64,000 bases of DNA from Selaginella moellendorffii (Eukaryota > Plantae > Lycopodiophyta). The first letter of the stretch is position 1, and each line of letters begins with the position of its first letter. Positions 48,399 to 61,005 of this stretch are shown piece after piece. The notes beneath the pieces were generated by a model. That model saw nothing but the letters and a program-made list of their open reading frames with translations. It did not search any database and was not told where the DNA came from. The stretch lies in assembly GCF_000143415.4 (NCBI RefSeq), contig NW_003314262.1, positions 4,834,389-4,898,388 of the forward strand, read 5' to 3'. A program made the position numbers and the translations under genes.

Positions 48399-50183
48399 TG
48401 TGAGACACAAAATCCCTAGGCCCCAAAGTGGAGCTGGAAGGGCGCCACGTGGTAGTGGCCGAAGCGAGAGCCAAACGAGCGTAACACGTTTGGACCAAAA
48501 GCTCTGACTTGAAAAGTCAAGAGCGGGAGTGGAACTCCCAACAAAGTGCTCGAGGAACAAGCATGAAGCGAGCAATAAGCGAGGCTCCAAAAAAGGGACC
48601 CAAAAAGGACCAACACATGACACGTGGAAGTGTCCGAGATGGAGTCCGAGGCGGACCCTAGTTGGAGTCCGATATGGAGTCCGAAGCGGAGTCCGAGATG
48701 GAGTCCGATATAGAGTCCGAGATGGACCCGAAGTGGAGTCCGAGATGGAGTCCAATATGGAGTCCGAGATGGACCCAAGATGGAGTCCGAGATGGACCCG
48801 AAGTGGAGTCCGAGGTGGACCAAGACGGAGTCCGAGATGGACCCGAGATGGAGTCCGAGATGGACCCGAGATGGAGTCCGAGATGGAGTCCGAGATGGAG
48901 TCCGAGGTGGACCGAGACGGAGTCCGAGATGGACCCAAGATGGAGTCCGAGATGGACCGAGACGGAGTCCGAGATGGAGTCCGAGATGGACCGAGACGGA
49001 GTCCGAGATGGAGTCCGAGATGGAGTCCGAGGTCGAGACCGAGACCGAGACCGGGATCGAGACCAAGACCGGGACCGGGACCGAGACCGAGACCGAGGCC
49101 AAGGCTGAGACCGAGCCCGAGCCCGAGCCCGAGTCCGAGTCCGAGTCTGAGTCCGAGTCCGAGTCCAAGTCCGAGTTCGAGTCTGAGAGGGTGAAAGCCC
49201 AAAGCGTTCGTCTCCCAGACTCTGGGGGGTTTGGTGAGCTCCAAAAGTATAGTAAGGGGGAGGACTGCAGTGGAGCCAGTTTGGCCAGGAAAGGCCAGTT
49301 TGGCCCAGGAAGGCCGGACCCAGTGTTGGGTGATGAGCTGCCCACTGGGAAGTCCAAGACTAGAGTGAACACGGACCGACAAGCGGGGTAGCTTGGTGAA
49401 GTGTTCAAGAGCCGGCTTTAGTTCCCCCGGGAGATCGACTGGCCGATGCTCCCAGTCCAAGTGTGGGTGGCACTACCTACTTGGATACTAGGCGTGGCTC
49501 AACGGAACCTCGCTCTAAGCCCATGGCTAGAGCACCTAAGGGCAAAAGGCGAGGAGAGTACCCAGGTGGCTCGCGTAAGGCCACGGTGTTCCGAAATGTT
49601 GCCCCAAAGGCCCAGACTGTGGAAAGGAAGAGGAGCAGTCCTCTGGGGTAGTGACCAAGGACACAGTCGTGTGGTGAGGAAGTCCCAGAGGACTGTGGGA
49701 CTTGGTGGTTGGGCCTGTGGGTCTCGATCCAGTGGCAGTGTTGGCAAACACGGCCAGGGGCAGAAAGGGACTTAGTGGGGACTGACAGAGGGATATTGGG
49801 GAAGGCTATTCCCTTTGTCGGTGGGCATCCTAAGGGTGCTAAGGAGTGGATCTCAGATGACCACTCACGGATGGTTTGCCTAGTCTTGGAGAGCCAAGAC
49901 TGTGATGCAAGCGGTAATGGACTACCAGTGTGGCAAAGGTGATTGGGCATGGCCTTAGCGTAACGGGCTGGCATGTCGGTGGTACCTTTGAGTGTCGGTC
50001 ATGGGATCGGACACGTGGAGCACTTGGACCAAGTGCAAATGTTGAGTGGCATGGATGCCATTCTCGGGGCTAGCAAGTCCCAAGTCCTGGATTGGACTTA
50101 TGGAGGTTGTGAATGAGACTCCTCCAAGTGGTCGGAGGTGTGGTTAAGTGACTAAAGTAGAATGGAAAATTTAGTCGCTTACA
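48399..50183 (+). mobile_element. Solo LTR, family C, inserted in the minisatellite of another family C LTR
   Basis: TGTGAGACAC...GCTTACA, 1785 bp; perfect TSD CTGAG. Confidence 0.95.
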
Positions 50184-50311
50184 CTGAGTTGGAGTCCGAG
50201 ACGGAGTCCGAGACGGAGTCCGAGACGGAGTCCGAGATGGAGTCCGAGATGGACCGAGACGGAGTTCGAGATGGAGTCCGAGATGGACCGAGACGGAGTC
50301 CGAGATGGAGT

Positions 50312-51840
50312 CCCTAAATATTGCAAATGCCTAGTCAAGGCAACTGGACTAATAGGAGTAGAAAGGTTTTAAACTTCTCCAAAGCATATAAAGGAGAGCC
50401 CTTAGCCAAAATAAATGGCCTAGAATCGTTTGCTTTGTCTGCAAATTGTTCAAAGTTGCCCAAAATGCCTGTGATAAAGAGAAATAAGGTTGAAAATGAA
50501 AGGAGATGTAAGTTGGCTATTAAATGTGCTTTAGTGTAGCTCCTTCAACATCCCAGGACACACTTTAAAGCACATATAGCCATTGACTCTTAGGGTTAGA
50601 GTAATCATTAATAACTTGCAGTAACCGGTAATTAATAACTGATAACCCCTTGCTCTCCCTCCTACTCTAGCACCTACTCTAGTGCCAACTACTGCTCCTA
50701 CTCCAACTCTTGCACCTACTCCTACTCTAGTGCCTACTCTAGTGCCAACTCCTACTCCTACACCTACTCCTAATCCTACTCCTACTCTTGCACCTACGCT
50801 TACTCCCTAAAGATTGCTTCTTTCTCAAGAAACTCTTATTAAAGTTTAGCCCAAAAGAGAAAAATGAGTATCCCAGTCTCGATCCTTCACCATTTTGACT
50901 GTAAGGAGGCTCGATGAAAAGAGCTCAGCCCCATCTACCACCACTACTCCAAGAATTTGTGATGAAAATGTCTCAATTTCCTACAAGATCCAAGAAAACA
51001 TAGCTAGAATACCAATTTTGTGGAAACACATCTGTATGTTACCAATCTAAATTAATGCCAAGGTGCTGTTGATATTTTCACAAAGCCTAAAACCAAAAGC
51101 ACCTCCAAAAATAAATGGCATCCAAAACAAAGCTTGGAGAAGCATGAATTCCTATTACAAAGATGCCCTTATCTAGCCAGAGAAGAAAATCCTTTTACAT
51201 GCCACAAATTCTTGGAGTAGTGGTGGTAGATGGGGCTAAGCTCTTTTCATCGAGCCTCCTTACAGTCAAAATGGTGAAGGATCGAGACTGGGATACTCAT
51301 TTTTCTCTTTTGGGCTAAACTTTAATAAGAGTTTCTTGAGAAAGAAGCAATCTTCAGGGAGTAAGCGTAGGTGCAAGAGTAGGAGCAAGATTAGGAGCAG
51401 GTGCAGGAGTAGGAGTTGGCACTAGAGTAGGCACTAGAGTAGGAGTAGGTGCAAGAGTTGGAGTAGGAGCAGTAGTTGGCGCTAGAGTAGGAGGGAGAGC
51501 AAGGGGTTATCAATTACTAATTACCGGTTACTACAAGTTATTAATGATTACTCTAACCCTAAGAGTCAATGGCTATATGTGCTTTAAAGTGTGTCTTGGG
51601 ATGTTGAAGGAGCTACACTAAAGCACATTTAATAGCCAACTTACATCTCCTTTCATTTTCAACCTTATTTCTCTTTATCACAGGCATTTTGGGCAACTTT
51701 GAACAATTTGCAGACAAAGCAAACGATTCTAGGCCATTTATTTTGGCTAAGGGCTCTCCTTTATATGCTTTGGAGAAGTTTAAAACCTTTCTACTCCTAT
51801 TAGTCCAGTTGCCTTGACTAAGCATTTGCAGTATTTAGGG
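50312..51840. repeat. Long inverted repeat (~650-bp arms, ~240-bp spacer)
   Basis: 50312-50961 is the near-perfect reverse complement of 51203-51840. The same ORF is called on both strands (50321+ and 51613-). Confidence 0.95.
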
Positions 51841-52275
51841 TATTTGATGTCGGTCCAAACTAGACATGCAGAAAATTCATGCCCTTTTACCATATTTAAG
51901 GCCCTAAAGTATAGAGTAAACTTTCTAGCATCTAGAGGTAGCTTAGGTACGACACAAATTCTTCCAAATTTAGCATCAAAAATCTCTTTACTTGAAGATC
52001 TAGGCCAAATCTACAAACCCAAATGCATTGTAAGCTAAGAATCTAGGCAAGAAATTAGAAATCCCAAAATATTCTAAACCGAGTCAAGAAACGTTGTATT
52101 TCCTCAAATACTACACAGCTTGATGAGTGTTATACCTTGCTGGAAAGAAGAGCTCAAGACCTATCCAACATGCTTAAGATCAAGCAAAACCATTACAAGA
52201 CAAATAAAAAATTGCTTCTCAAATTCTGCGGCTAAAAGGAAAAAAGAAAAATGATGCAATAGAAAACACTACACA

Positions 52276-52292
52276 TCACGCTAGGTTCACCA
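52276..52292 (-). promoter_or_regulatory. Probable tRNA-Trp primer-binding site of a degenerate minus-strand LTR element
   Basis: Minus strand reads ...CCCCTAACA AA TGGTGAACCTAGCGTGA, resembling the complement of the plant tRNA-Trp 3' end (TGGTGAACCCGACGTGA). Confidence 0.55.
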
Positions 52293-52799
52293 TTTGTTAG
52301 GGGAAGGAGGGGTGCCTCTCCCAACACTTGCTCAAACACGAGAAATGCTCTAATACACTATACGGATTGATAGGCAACCAAATTTTTTGGAATAAAAATC
52401 TTTTAAGCTAGACCACACTTAAGCAAGATAGATATGCTATTAAAAATAACATTCGTTGCTTGAGAAATAAAAAATATCTTGGACATTTGGCCTTTAAAGG
52501 AAAGTCATCCCCATTTTGAAATTGATTAAGAAGCTAAATGCTTGCTCCTAAGAGTAACTGATAGGCCAATTTATAAAAGGGAATACATTATATACTAAAA
52601 CCTTGTACCACTCACTCCACGAAAGAGACATAATAACTAGGCTTATTATAGTAGCAATGCCAATAAATTTTGAAATATATAAGCATAGACCAGCAATGGA
52701 TCATACCTATAAAGCTTTCGAGGGCACAATCTCTATATATAAAATTGTCACTATCTATACCAAACAAGGTAATAAATATACAATATTTCCCTCATAATC

Positions 52800-55114
52800 T
52801 GATGAACAGAAGGCAATCTGAAAAGAAGTATTCAGAAGATCTAGACTGAGATTACAGAGCACTTGCTCATGATATTCGTGATCTTAACCTCCCTTTAGAA
52901 TAAACTAAATCATTACTCAACCAAGCTAGAGAAAAGCTTGAAAGAGAGCAAGCTAAAAATATATTGATACACCTCAACAAAAAAGAGATCAAAAATCCTA
53001 ATATGACTTTAACAATCATTTAGAATATATGAATCCATATGCTACTCCTCTTTGGCAGCATTAACACATAGAAAACACCTTTGTTTCAGCTGAGAGTAGC
53101 AAAATACAAAATAATTAGAGTGTTTTCCCACAAAAGGAAGAAGAACTAAATTTATAGCCCTTACCCTCTAACAGTGATCCAAATTCTCCTATGAACCAAA
53201 TACCTATTTTGCTTATACTAGTTGCAAAATATAGTATTTCTTGTCAAATTGCAATAAACACAATGGTAATTGCAAAAACATTAATAGGCCCTATCATCAC
53301 ATATCTATCCTTTTCTAGGATTAAAAAAAAATACCCACTTGCATATTGAGCAATATATAGAAGCAATCAAGCTTAATCAAGCAAATGGGCAGGAAAAAAA
53401 CTTTTTCCCCTATACACTCAAAAACAAAGCTAAAGACTAATACTATGACAATGATGTCAAAAAACTTGGCACATTTAATGAGCAAACAAAGTTTTTCTTT
53501 AAAGCTTTCTCCATGGAAACAAACCCAGGAGAAAATTATAATGAACTATAAAAACTTCATTAAGGAAAATTTGAAACAATTAAGAAATATACAACTCAAT
53601 TTAACAAGTGTTATAAACATTGTAAAGTCAAACAAAATGCGCCTACATCTATACATACAGGGCCTCAAGAAAATTTATCATGAACATGCGATAAAGAGAG
53701 ATCATACAAATTTTGATAACTTGAAATAATTGCCAACTAAAATTTCATAAAACAATATCATATGGTAGATATGATGAAGTTAGATGAAAAGATAACTTCT
53801 ATAAATAGAGAAACCAATCATCTAAAAAGCCTCAAACTGCAAATCAATCTTAAACAAAGGATTTAGTGTATTAGATGCAAAAATGAAAGCCATAGTAAGG
53901 AAAAATGTAAACTCTAGCTGATCAAGTGAAAAAGAAAAATATATAGATAAGGAATGTAAAACCTTATTTAAATAACCAAAAGGCCAATAAGCAACCTAAG
54001 TTGATAAAATAATACGTAGATAAATGTTACAATAAGCCTAAAGAATATAAAAAGCCAAAAGTGTATGATCAAGTTAAAACTCCCACTCGCTATCCTATGC
54101 CATACAATCAAGTTGAATCATCAAACAAGAATGATAAACCCTCTAAAGATATGCAATTTGTAATTAAGCATGTTGAGGTAGAATAATTAGATATAGAAGA
54201 ACTATCTAACGTCTGTATCATGACTAAAGCCCAATGCAAAAGAGCTGAATTTGAAAATTAAAATGAAAAGAATGATGATGAAGTAGAGATCATCTTTAAC
54301 TCTCAATGGCACCAAAAGAAAAAGATCAATGCAAAAATCACTCAATAACTCTAAAACTTGCAATCACAAGTTGATTTAAACAATGGTGATTCTAACATAA
54401 AAAGTTTTACACCTTTACAGACTGATGCAAATTTACCACTAGTGCAAAAGGAAAATCTTATAGTAAAGCTAGATGGTAAGGATGATAAGAAAGCAATGAA
54501 AGGCATTTTAAATGCCAAAATTACACTCACTTTAGGCCAACTTCTCACAATAGCACTTTACCTTAAAGTTGCATTGCCTAAAAGCTCTCACCTAAGAAGG
54601 AAAAAAAATTAATCCCATCTATAGCCATTGTAATTAAGCCAGGGGGATTGTGATGATGAAGTTCCTACAATTGATATAAAGATTGGCAAGAATTTATTAT
54701 CCAAAACTCTTAATGATAGTGGCTCAAAAGTAAATATTCTGGAAGAAAGTATTTATAAAGAATTAAACCTAAGTCTAATTTAACTAGCCCCATTTAATGT
54801 ACGAATGACAGATGACCGAAGTGTTAGGTCCATTGAAAATATTAAAAATGTTTTAACCAATGTGGCTAGCCTAAAGTACAAACTCAATTATGTTATGCTT
54901 AAAATAACACAACGAGATACTGCTTATAAAACTCTATTAGACAAACCTTGGCTAAAAATTGTTTGCACAAACTAAGACTGGAAAAATAATTTTTTATGTA
55001 TAGAGCAAGGTAACCAGAAAAAATTTGTGCCTATTACTTCCACCATACAATTGGAAAGAAAAAATCAACCCCTCAAAACTCAATTTTATGATTGGGAGGA
55101 AGGCTTAGATGATT
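52800..55114 (+). pseudogene. Highly degenerate gag-protease of a non-chromovirus Ty3/gypsy element (Phygy/Selgy-like)
   Basis: ILNAKITLTLGQLL; VPTIDIKIG...TLNDSGSKVNIL...APFNVRMTD...LLDKPWL at 54661-54960. Very A-rich with many stops. Confidence 0.7.
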
Positions 55115-56095
55115 TCAACAACTTGGAGGTCTGGAAGACCAAGTACCTCTTGGCAACTCTGTTAAGGTGCCAAGGTGAGATCACTAGGTGATCTTATGGC
55201 CAGAAAAGGACAAGGTCCTTGGTTGGCTAAGGAATGAAGTTCCTGGTTCAAAATGTTGAAATTGAACTGTTTAAGGTGGTGTGGCTTGGTCGTGATAACC
55301 AAGTGGGAAGAGCACCTAAGTCAAATAAACTATGTCCGTGCGATGGCATAGTGAGTCCGAGGAAAGTAATCTCTATAAAAGACCCATGGGAGGGTCACGA
55401 AGTTGGGCCGTGGATAGAGCCCATAGCAGAAGATGCTAAAGAGACGTACTAGGGGTGAACATCCTCCGGACTTGGCAAAGAAGAGTCTTTGCTATGGAAC
55501 AGAAACAATACCTCAAGGAGGGAGGTAGAGATTCGATGTTGCTTGGTGCAACAATCAACGGATAGGAGCAAAAGATGAGTGGCCAAGATAGGGCCGTGGA
55601 ATCCATTGGAAGGAATCCAAGTGACAAAGTTAGGCGAGGAACACTAATGTGTTGGACGCTAACGAGTTGCAGGAAAGGAAGTGTGTTTCCAAGGAGGGAT
55701 TCCGAAATGCTCCGATTTGGCAAAAGTGGAAGCTCCAAGGGAGGGAGCGGTAAGGTAGCCAAATGATAGGGCCATGAACAGCCCTAGCACAAAGCATGAT
55801 AACTGGAACTTTGACACGAAATAGAAGAGAGGATGATGGTGCCCTCGAGTAGAGAACTTCCTAGGATGGGAAGTGGAGTTGCACAAAAGGTGCAAGGCAA
55901 GGTGTCGGAGACACCTAGGAAATCGACTCCAAGAAGTCAAAATTCAAAGTTCCAAAGTGCAAAGGTTATATCGATGGAAATTGAGACTACTCGAGAAGGA
56001 GTAGTGGGATTGACTTAGAGAAGGGTCTCTAAGAGGTTTAGCGAGAACTAAACCAATAAAACGAGAGAACCACTATATGTGGTCCAATCAGTCTC

Positions 56096-56195
56096 NNNNN
56101 NNNNNNNNNNNNNNNNNNNNNNNNNNNNNNNNNNNNNNNNNNNNNNNNNNNNNNNNNNNNNNNNNNNNNNNNNNNNNNNNNNNNNNNNNNNNNNN
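56096..56195. other. Assembly gap (100 N; ~22 nt by comparison with the duplicate)
   Basis: The same flanks are separated by TAAGTTGGAAAGACTACCCTCC in the copy near 61993-62014. Confidence 0.9.
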
Positions 56196-59100
56196 TTAGA
56201 GGATATGCAAAAGGCATGGTGAGCCTTCAATGTCCAACCATTGATGAATATGGAGAAGGCATGGTGAGCCTTCAATGTCACACCATTGACAAATATTGGC
56301 TACGCGCCAAGGATTGAAATGGTAACACATGCGGGTGTTACTTTATAAAATGGTTCACCGTTCGATGAGGACATCGAACTTCGTCTATGGGTGGTGGAGT
56401 TGTGAGACACAAAATCCCTAGGCCCCAAAGTGGAGCTGGAAGGGCGCCACATGGTAGTGGCCGAAGCGAGAGCCAAACGAGCGTAACACGTTTGGACCAA
56501 AAGCTCCGACTTGAAAAGTCAAGAGCGGGAGTGGAACTCCCAACGAAGTGCTCGAGGAACGAGCACGAAGAGAGCAAAAGGCGAGGCTCCAAAAAGGGAC
56601 CCAAAAGGACCAACACATGACACGTGGGAGTGTCCGAGATGGACTCGAGATGGAGTCCGAAGTGGAGTCCAAGGTGGACCCGAGATGGACCCGAGTTGGA
56701 GTCCGAAGTGGAGTCCGAGATGGAGTCCGAGATGGAGTCCGAGATGGAGTCCGAGTTGGAGTCCGAGGTGGACCCGAGATGGACCCGAGTTGGAGTCCGA
56801 AGTGGAGTCCGAGATGGACCCAAGATGGAGTCCGAGATGGAGTCCGAGATGGAGTCCGAGGTGGACCCGAGATGGACCCGAGATGGAGTCCGAGATGGAG
56901 TCCGAGATGGAGTCCGAGATGGAGTCCGAGATGGAGTCCGAGATGGAGTCCGAGATGGAGTCCGAAGTCGAGACCGAGACCGGAACCGAGACCGGGACCG
57001 AGACCGAGACCGAGACCGAGATCGGGACCGAGACCGAGACCGAGGCCGAGGCCAAGACCGAGCCCGAGCCCGAGTCCGAGTCCGAGTCCGAGTCCGAGTC
57101 CGAGTCCGAGTCTGGAGCCTGAGAGGGTGAAAGCCCAAAGCGTTCGTCTCCCAGACCCTGGGGGGTTTGGTGAGCTCCAAAAGTATAGTAGGGGGAGGAC
57201 TGCAGTGGAGCCAATTTGGCCAGGAAAGGCCAGTTTGGCCCAGGAAGGCCAGACCCAGTGTTGGGTGATGAACTGACCACTGGGAAGTCCAAGACTAGAG
57301 TGAATACGGACCGACAAGCGGGGTAGCTTGGTGAAGTGTTCAAGAGCCGGCTCTAGTTCCCCCGGGAGATCGACTAGCCGATGCTCCCAGTCCAAGTGTG
57401 GGTGGCACTACCTACTTGGATACCAGGCGTGGCTCAACGGAACCTCGCTCTAAGCCCATGGCTAGAGCACCTAAAGGCGATAGGTGGGGAGAGTACCCAG
57501 GTGGCTCGCGTAAGGCCACGGTGTTCCGAAATGTCGTCCCAAAGGCCCAGACTGTGGAAAGGAAGAGGAGCAGTCCTCTGGGGTAGTGACCAAGGACACA
57601 GTCGTGTGGTGAGGAAGTCCCAGAGGACCGTGGGACTTAGTGGTCGGGCCTGTGGGCCTCGATCCAGTGGCAGTGTTGGCAAACACGGCCAGGGGCAGAA
57701 AGGGACTTGGTAGGAACTGACAAAGGGACTTTGGGGAAGGCGATTCCCCAGGTCTGTGAACATCCTAAGGATGCTAAGGAGTGGATCTAGGATGACCCCT
57801 CGTAGACAGATGGCCCAGTTTTGGAGAGACGGGATGGTGATGCAAGTGGTATTGGACCATTTGCGCAGCAAAGGTGAATGGGCATGGCCTTAGCGTAACG
57901 GGCCGAGATGTCAGTGGTACCTTTGGGTGTCAGTCATGGGATCGGACACGTGGAGCACTTGGACCAAGTGCAAAGGTTGAGTGGCATGGATGCCATTCTC
58001 GGGGCTAGCAAGCCCCAAGTCCTGAATGGGACTTATGGAGGTTGTGAATGAGACTCCTCCAAGTGGTCGAAGGTGTGGTTAAGTGACTAAAGTAGAATGG
58101 AAAAATTTAGTCGCTTACAATTTGGTATCGGAGCTGTTCCTTAGTCCGACTTTTATTGGTGCTCAAGTATATCACCACTAGTGTTGGCATCGGAAGGTCC
58201 GAGGAGTGGGCCTATCCTTGAGGAGTAGCAAGTCGGGAAGACATGGCTCTCCATTACAGTTCATGTGCGAACTTGTAGACGAGGTGGTGGATAGAAAAGG
58301 GCCAATAATGGAACGACTTTGGGATCTTGGGAACAGTAGATGGCTTTTCTCAAAGAGTTGAGGATGTGATCCAGATGAGCGTTTGACTTAGCAAACTGGC
58401 TAATGTAGTTGTGGTAAATAACTATAGTTGTGATCACGGGAAAGATAGAGACTCCAAAACAATAAAGGAGTCACAAGATTTTCCTCATATAGTTGAGGTT
58501 GGTGCTCATGAATGTGAGACCAGAAGTAATGACCGTGGGAGGTCAAATACGGAAGAGGACTCAAGTCCTTGAAAAGGTAGCCGGGGCTACCTCTAATAAA
58601 TGCTGGAACAACCCCAAGAGTTGGGGGTGTATTAAGTGGATGAGTTGGTGTTCTCATCACATGGACAAGTAGTCCTAAGGGGCAAAGGTTGCCCCCAGAG
58701 AACAAAATCAAGTGTCGGAGTAACACTTGTGAAAATAGTCCTTTTGAGTAGGACAGGAATGCAAGAAGTGTATTCCAGTGAGCTAGTGCCTCACAAGTAG
58801 GACCTTATGGGTCGGTGGATTAACCAAGTCCAAAGTTGCTAGACGACTCAAGTAGAGTCAAGGGATGGTCCTAAAAGGACTGATGGAAGCATTTGGACTG
58901 AGGTGTGTTTTACCCCATGAAGGATGGGGGGGGATCATAGGATCCAAGGATGAGAACAGAGGGTATCTCATCGATGGCAAAATGTGCCGTGCTAAAAGTC
59001 GTGGGAAAGGTGTTCCCAAATAGAAAACAACTTTGACACAAAGTTGTGTGTGACCTCTATGGTGCCGTGCTAACAAATGGTTGGCATGAGAAAGAGCGGT

Positions 59101-60605
59101 ATTGGTCTTGGCAAAGACTTAGACACAAAGAAAAAGTGTCATAGAGGTAGGCTCGTGGAGCCGATGGTGTGGAGACACCAATGTGCCAAGGTGTGATACC
59201 TTGAGGCTATGTTGTTGGGTTCATGAGGACCCCTTGCCAAAGGAGTCCCAATGGAAATGGGAATGGCAAGGCCTAAGCTCGAAGGCATGCGGTTGGAGTG
59301 TGGTGACCCAGATAATGATGGAGGTGTGGAAGCACCAAGCAATGAGTTGTAAGACTTGACAGCTATGGGGCAACTAAGCAAGAGGTGCAAGATAATTGGT
59401 TAAGCGGGTAGAAGGTAACTACCCAAGACTTCTTAATGGTATAAAGAAGTTAGATATACCCTTACGGGGGATAAATTGCTTATGTTGCGATATAGTAAGT
59501 CAATGTCATGAAAGGAAATACTCATTGTCAAGGAAGCCGTCATTGGGACACCCGAACACTCTAGAACACCAAGAGGTGGTGTTTGATGTCGCGAGGGCAA
59601 TGGATAAAGCCCAAGGGACTAAGTCCCTAGCGAATGATAGATAGAAGGTGCTATCCAAATGTTCAAGGTTGCGGAGACAGGAGAGGACTGTCTACCCAAG
59701 TTGGACAAAGCCAAAAATGGAATTTTGGCAAGGCTAGTGATGGGCATGTAAAGGCCCATAAGCAACAATGTAACCCCAGTGTGTGGGATTATAAGCTGAG
59801 CATACCTGGATTGAGGAACCACTCCCTGGGCTATTAGGTAGGTTCATCCCTAAGAATACTTGCTAAGGCATGATAGAAAGTGCAAAGCTATCCTCCTGGT
59901 CTGGAGGAGAATGACCGAAGGAAAGGTGTGAAGCCAAAGGCAAGTAGTGTTGGGATGGAACTGAACCATAGAAATCAAAGGGCATAACCAAGGTTGGTTA
60001 TGCCAGCTGGGAGTGGAAAATCAAGTGGGGGCTCAAGGGTGTTGCCGCTAGCAACCGTGATGCCATGGAGAGTCTAAAATATGGAATTGTCCATGTTAGA
60101 CTATATGGCATTTGGAAGGCTTGCAAAAAGGGAGGCCTTAGCAAGCTGAGGGATAGAGTTCCTTCAAGGTTCCCAAAGACGATTCTAGGTAGCGTAGTAC
60201 CTAGAAAGGCCAAGTGTAAATGGTTCATGGAACGCGCGAAATCAGAGTGGCGCAGCAGAAGCGTGGTCTTGAAGCTTGCCATGAGGCAAGGTTATCAAGG
60301 TTAGGGAAGTAGTTCCCGAGTGTTCAAAGAGAGGGCTTTGAACGAAAGTCGATGGTCAAGGACTTTCACGCTTATGCAGGAACCATGTTACAATGGTCGG
60401 AGAACTTGCCAAGTGAGATTGGCACGTCGGGGGAACAAAGACCCTAGTTGAAGGTGATAACTTCAAAAAGGGTGGGCCATGGGGCCGAGCATGGAGGAGT
60501 CCATGCATGATCACAGACATGTCAAGTGAGAGGACTTGGTAGTGTGGAGGAACTAGGTTCCTAAGCTGTGATCAGTAGCGCGCTTTAAAAATAGGTTGGT
60601 GCACC

Positions 60606-61005
60606 GGCGTGGGGAGTCACGCCAGGCATCTAGTGTGATGCCGTCCGTAGATGCATATACGGAGGTTGGGTTCGAGTCCCGACCCTCTAGTGCTTGGGTT
60701 CAAGTCCCAAATCACTAGGGCGTGGTGATGGTTTGGAATATGAGGACACTCATATTTCGGTGGTCATGGACTCTCAGTGGGGAGACTGGTTTGGGCACAC
60801 CGCCAAGCGAGGGATGCCTCGGAGTCGTGATGCACGGTTAGATTGCTTAGTGTGAAAGCTCAGCATATCTAACTTGAACACTTTGGTGCAAGTGGCACCA
60901 AGGTCGTGGTGAGTGAGATGGGGACACCTAATCTCAGTTGCTATGAACCCTTGGCCGTAAGGGCTAGCTTGGGTGCACCGCCAAGTGTGGGGGATGCCCC
61001 CGGGG
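60606..61005 (+). ncRNA. Candidate structured cis-acting RNA module (hairpin chain with two T-arm-like loops)
   Basis: Consecutive stems with compensatory differences versus 39013-39250; further copies at ~45260-45660 and 17250-17342/22877-23121. Confidence 0.6.

Larger units (their letters stand above)
41952..50311 (+). mobile_element. Family C element copy 2 (internally deleted; 3' LTR interrupted and truncated)
   Basis: 5' LTR 41952-43760; PBS TGGTATCGGAGC; internal region to 46838, lacking ~1 kb relative to copy 3; PPT; 3' LTR pieces 46839-46909, 48016-48398 and 50184-50311. Confidence 0.88.
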
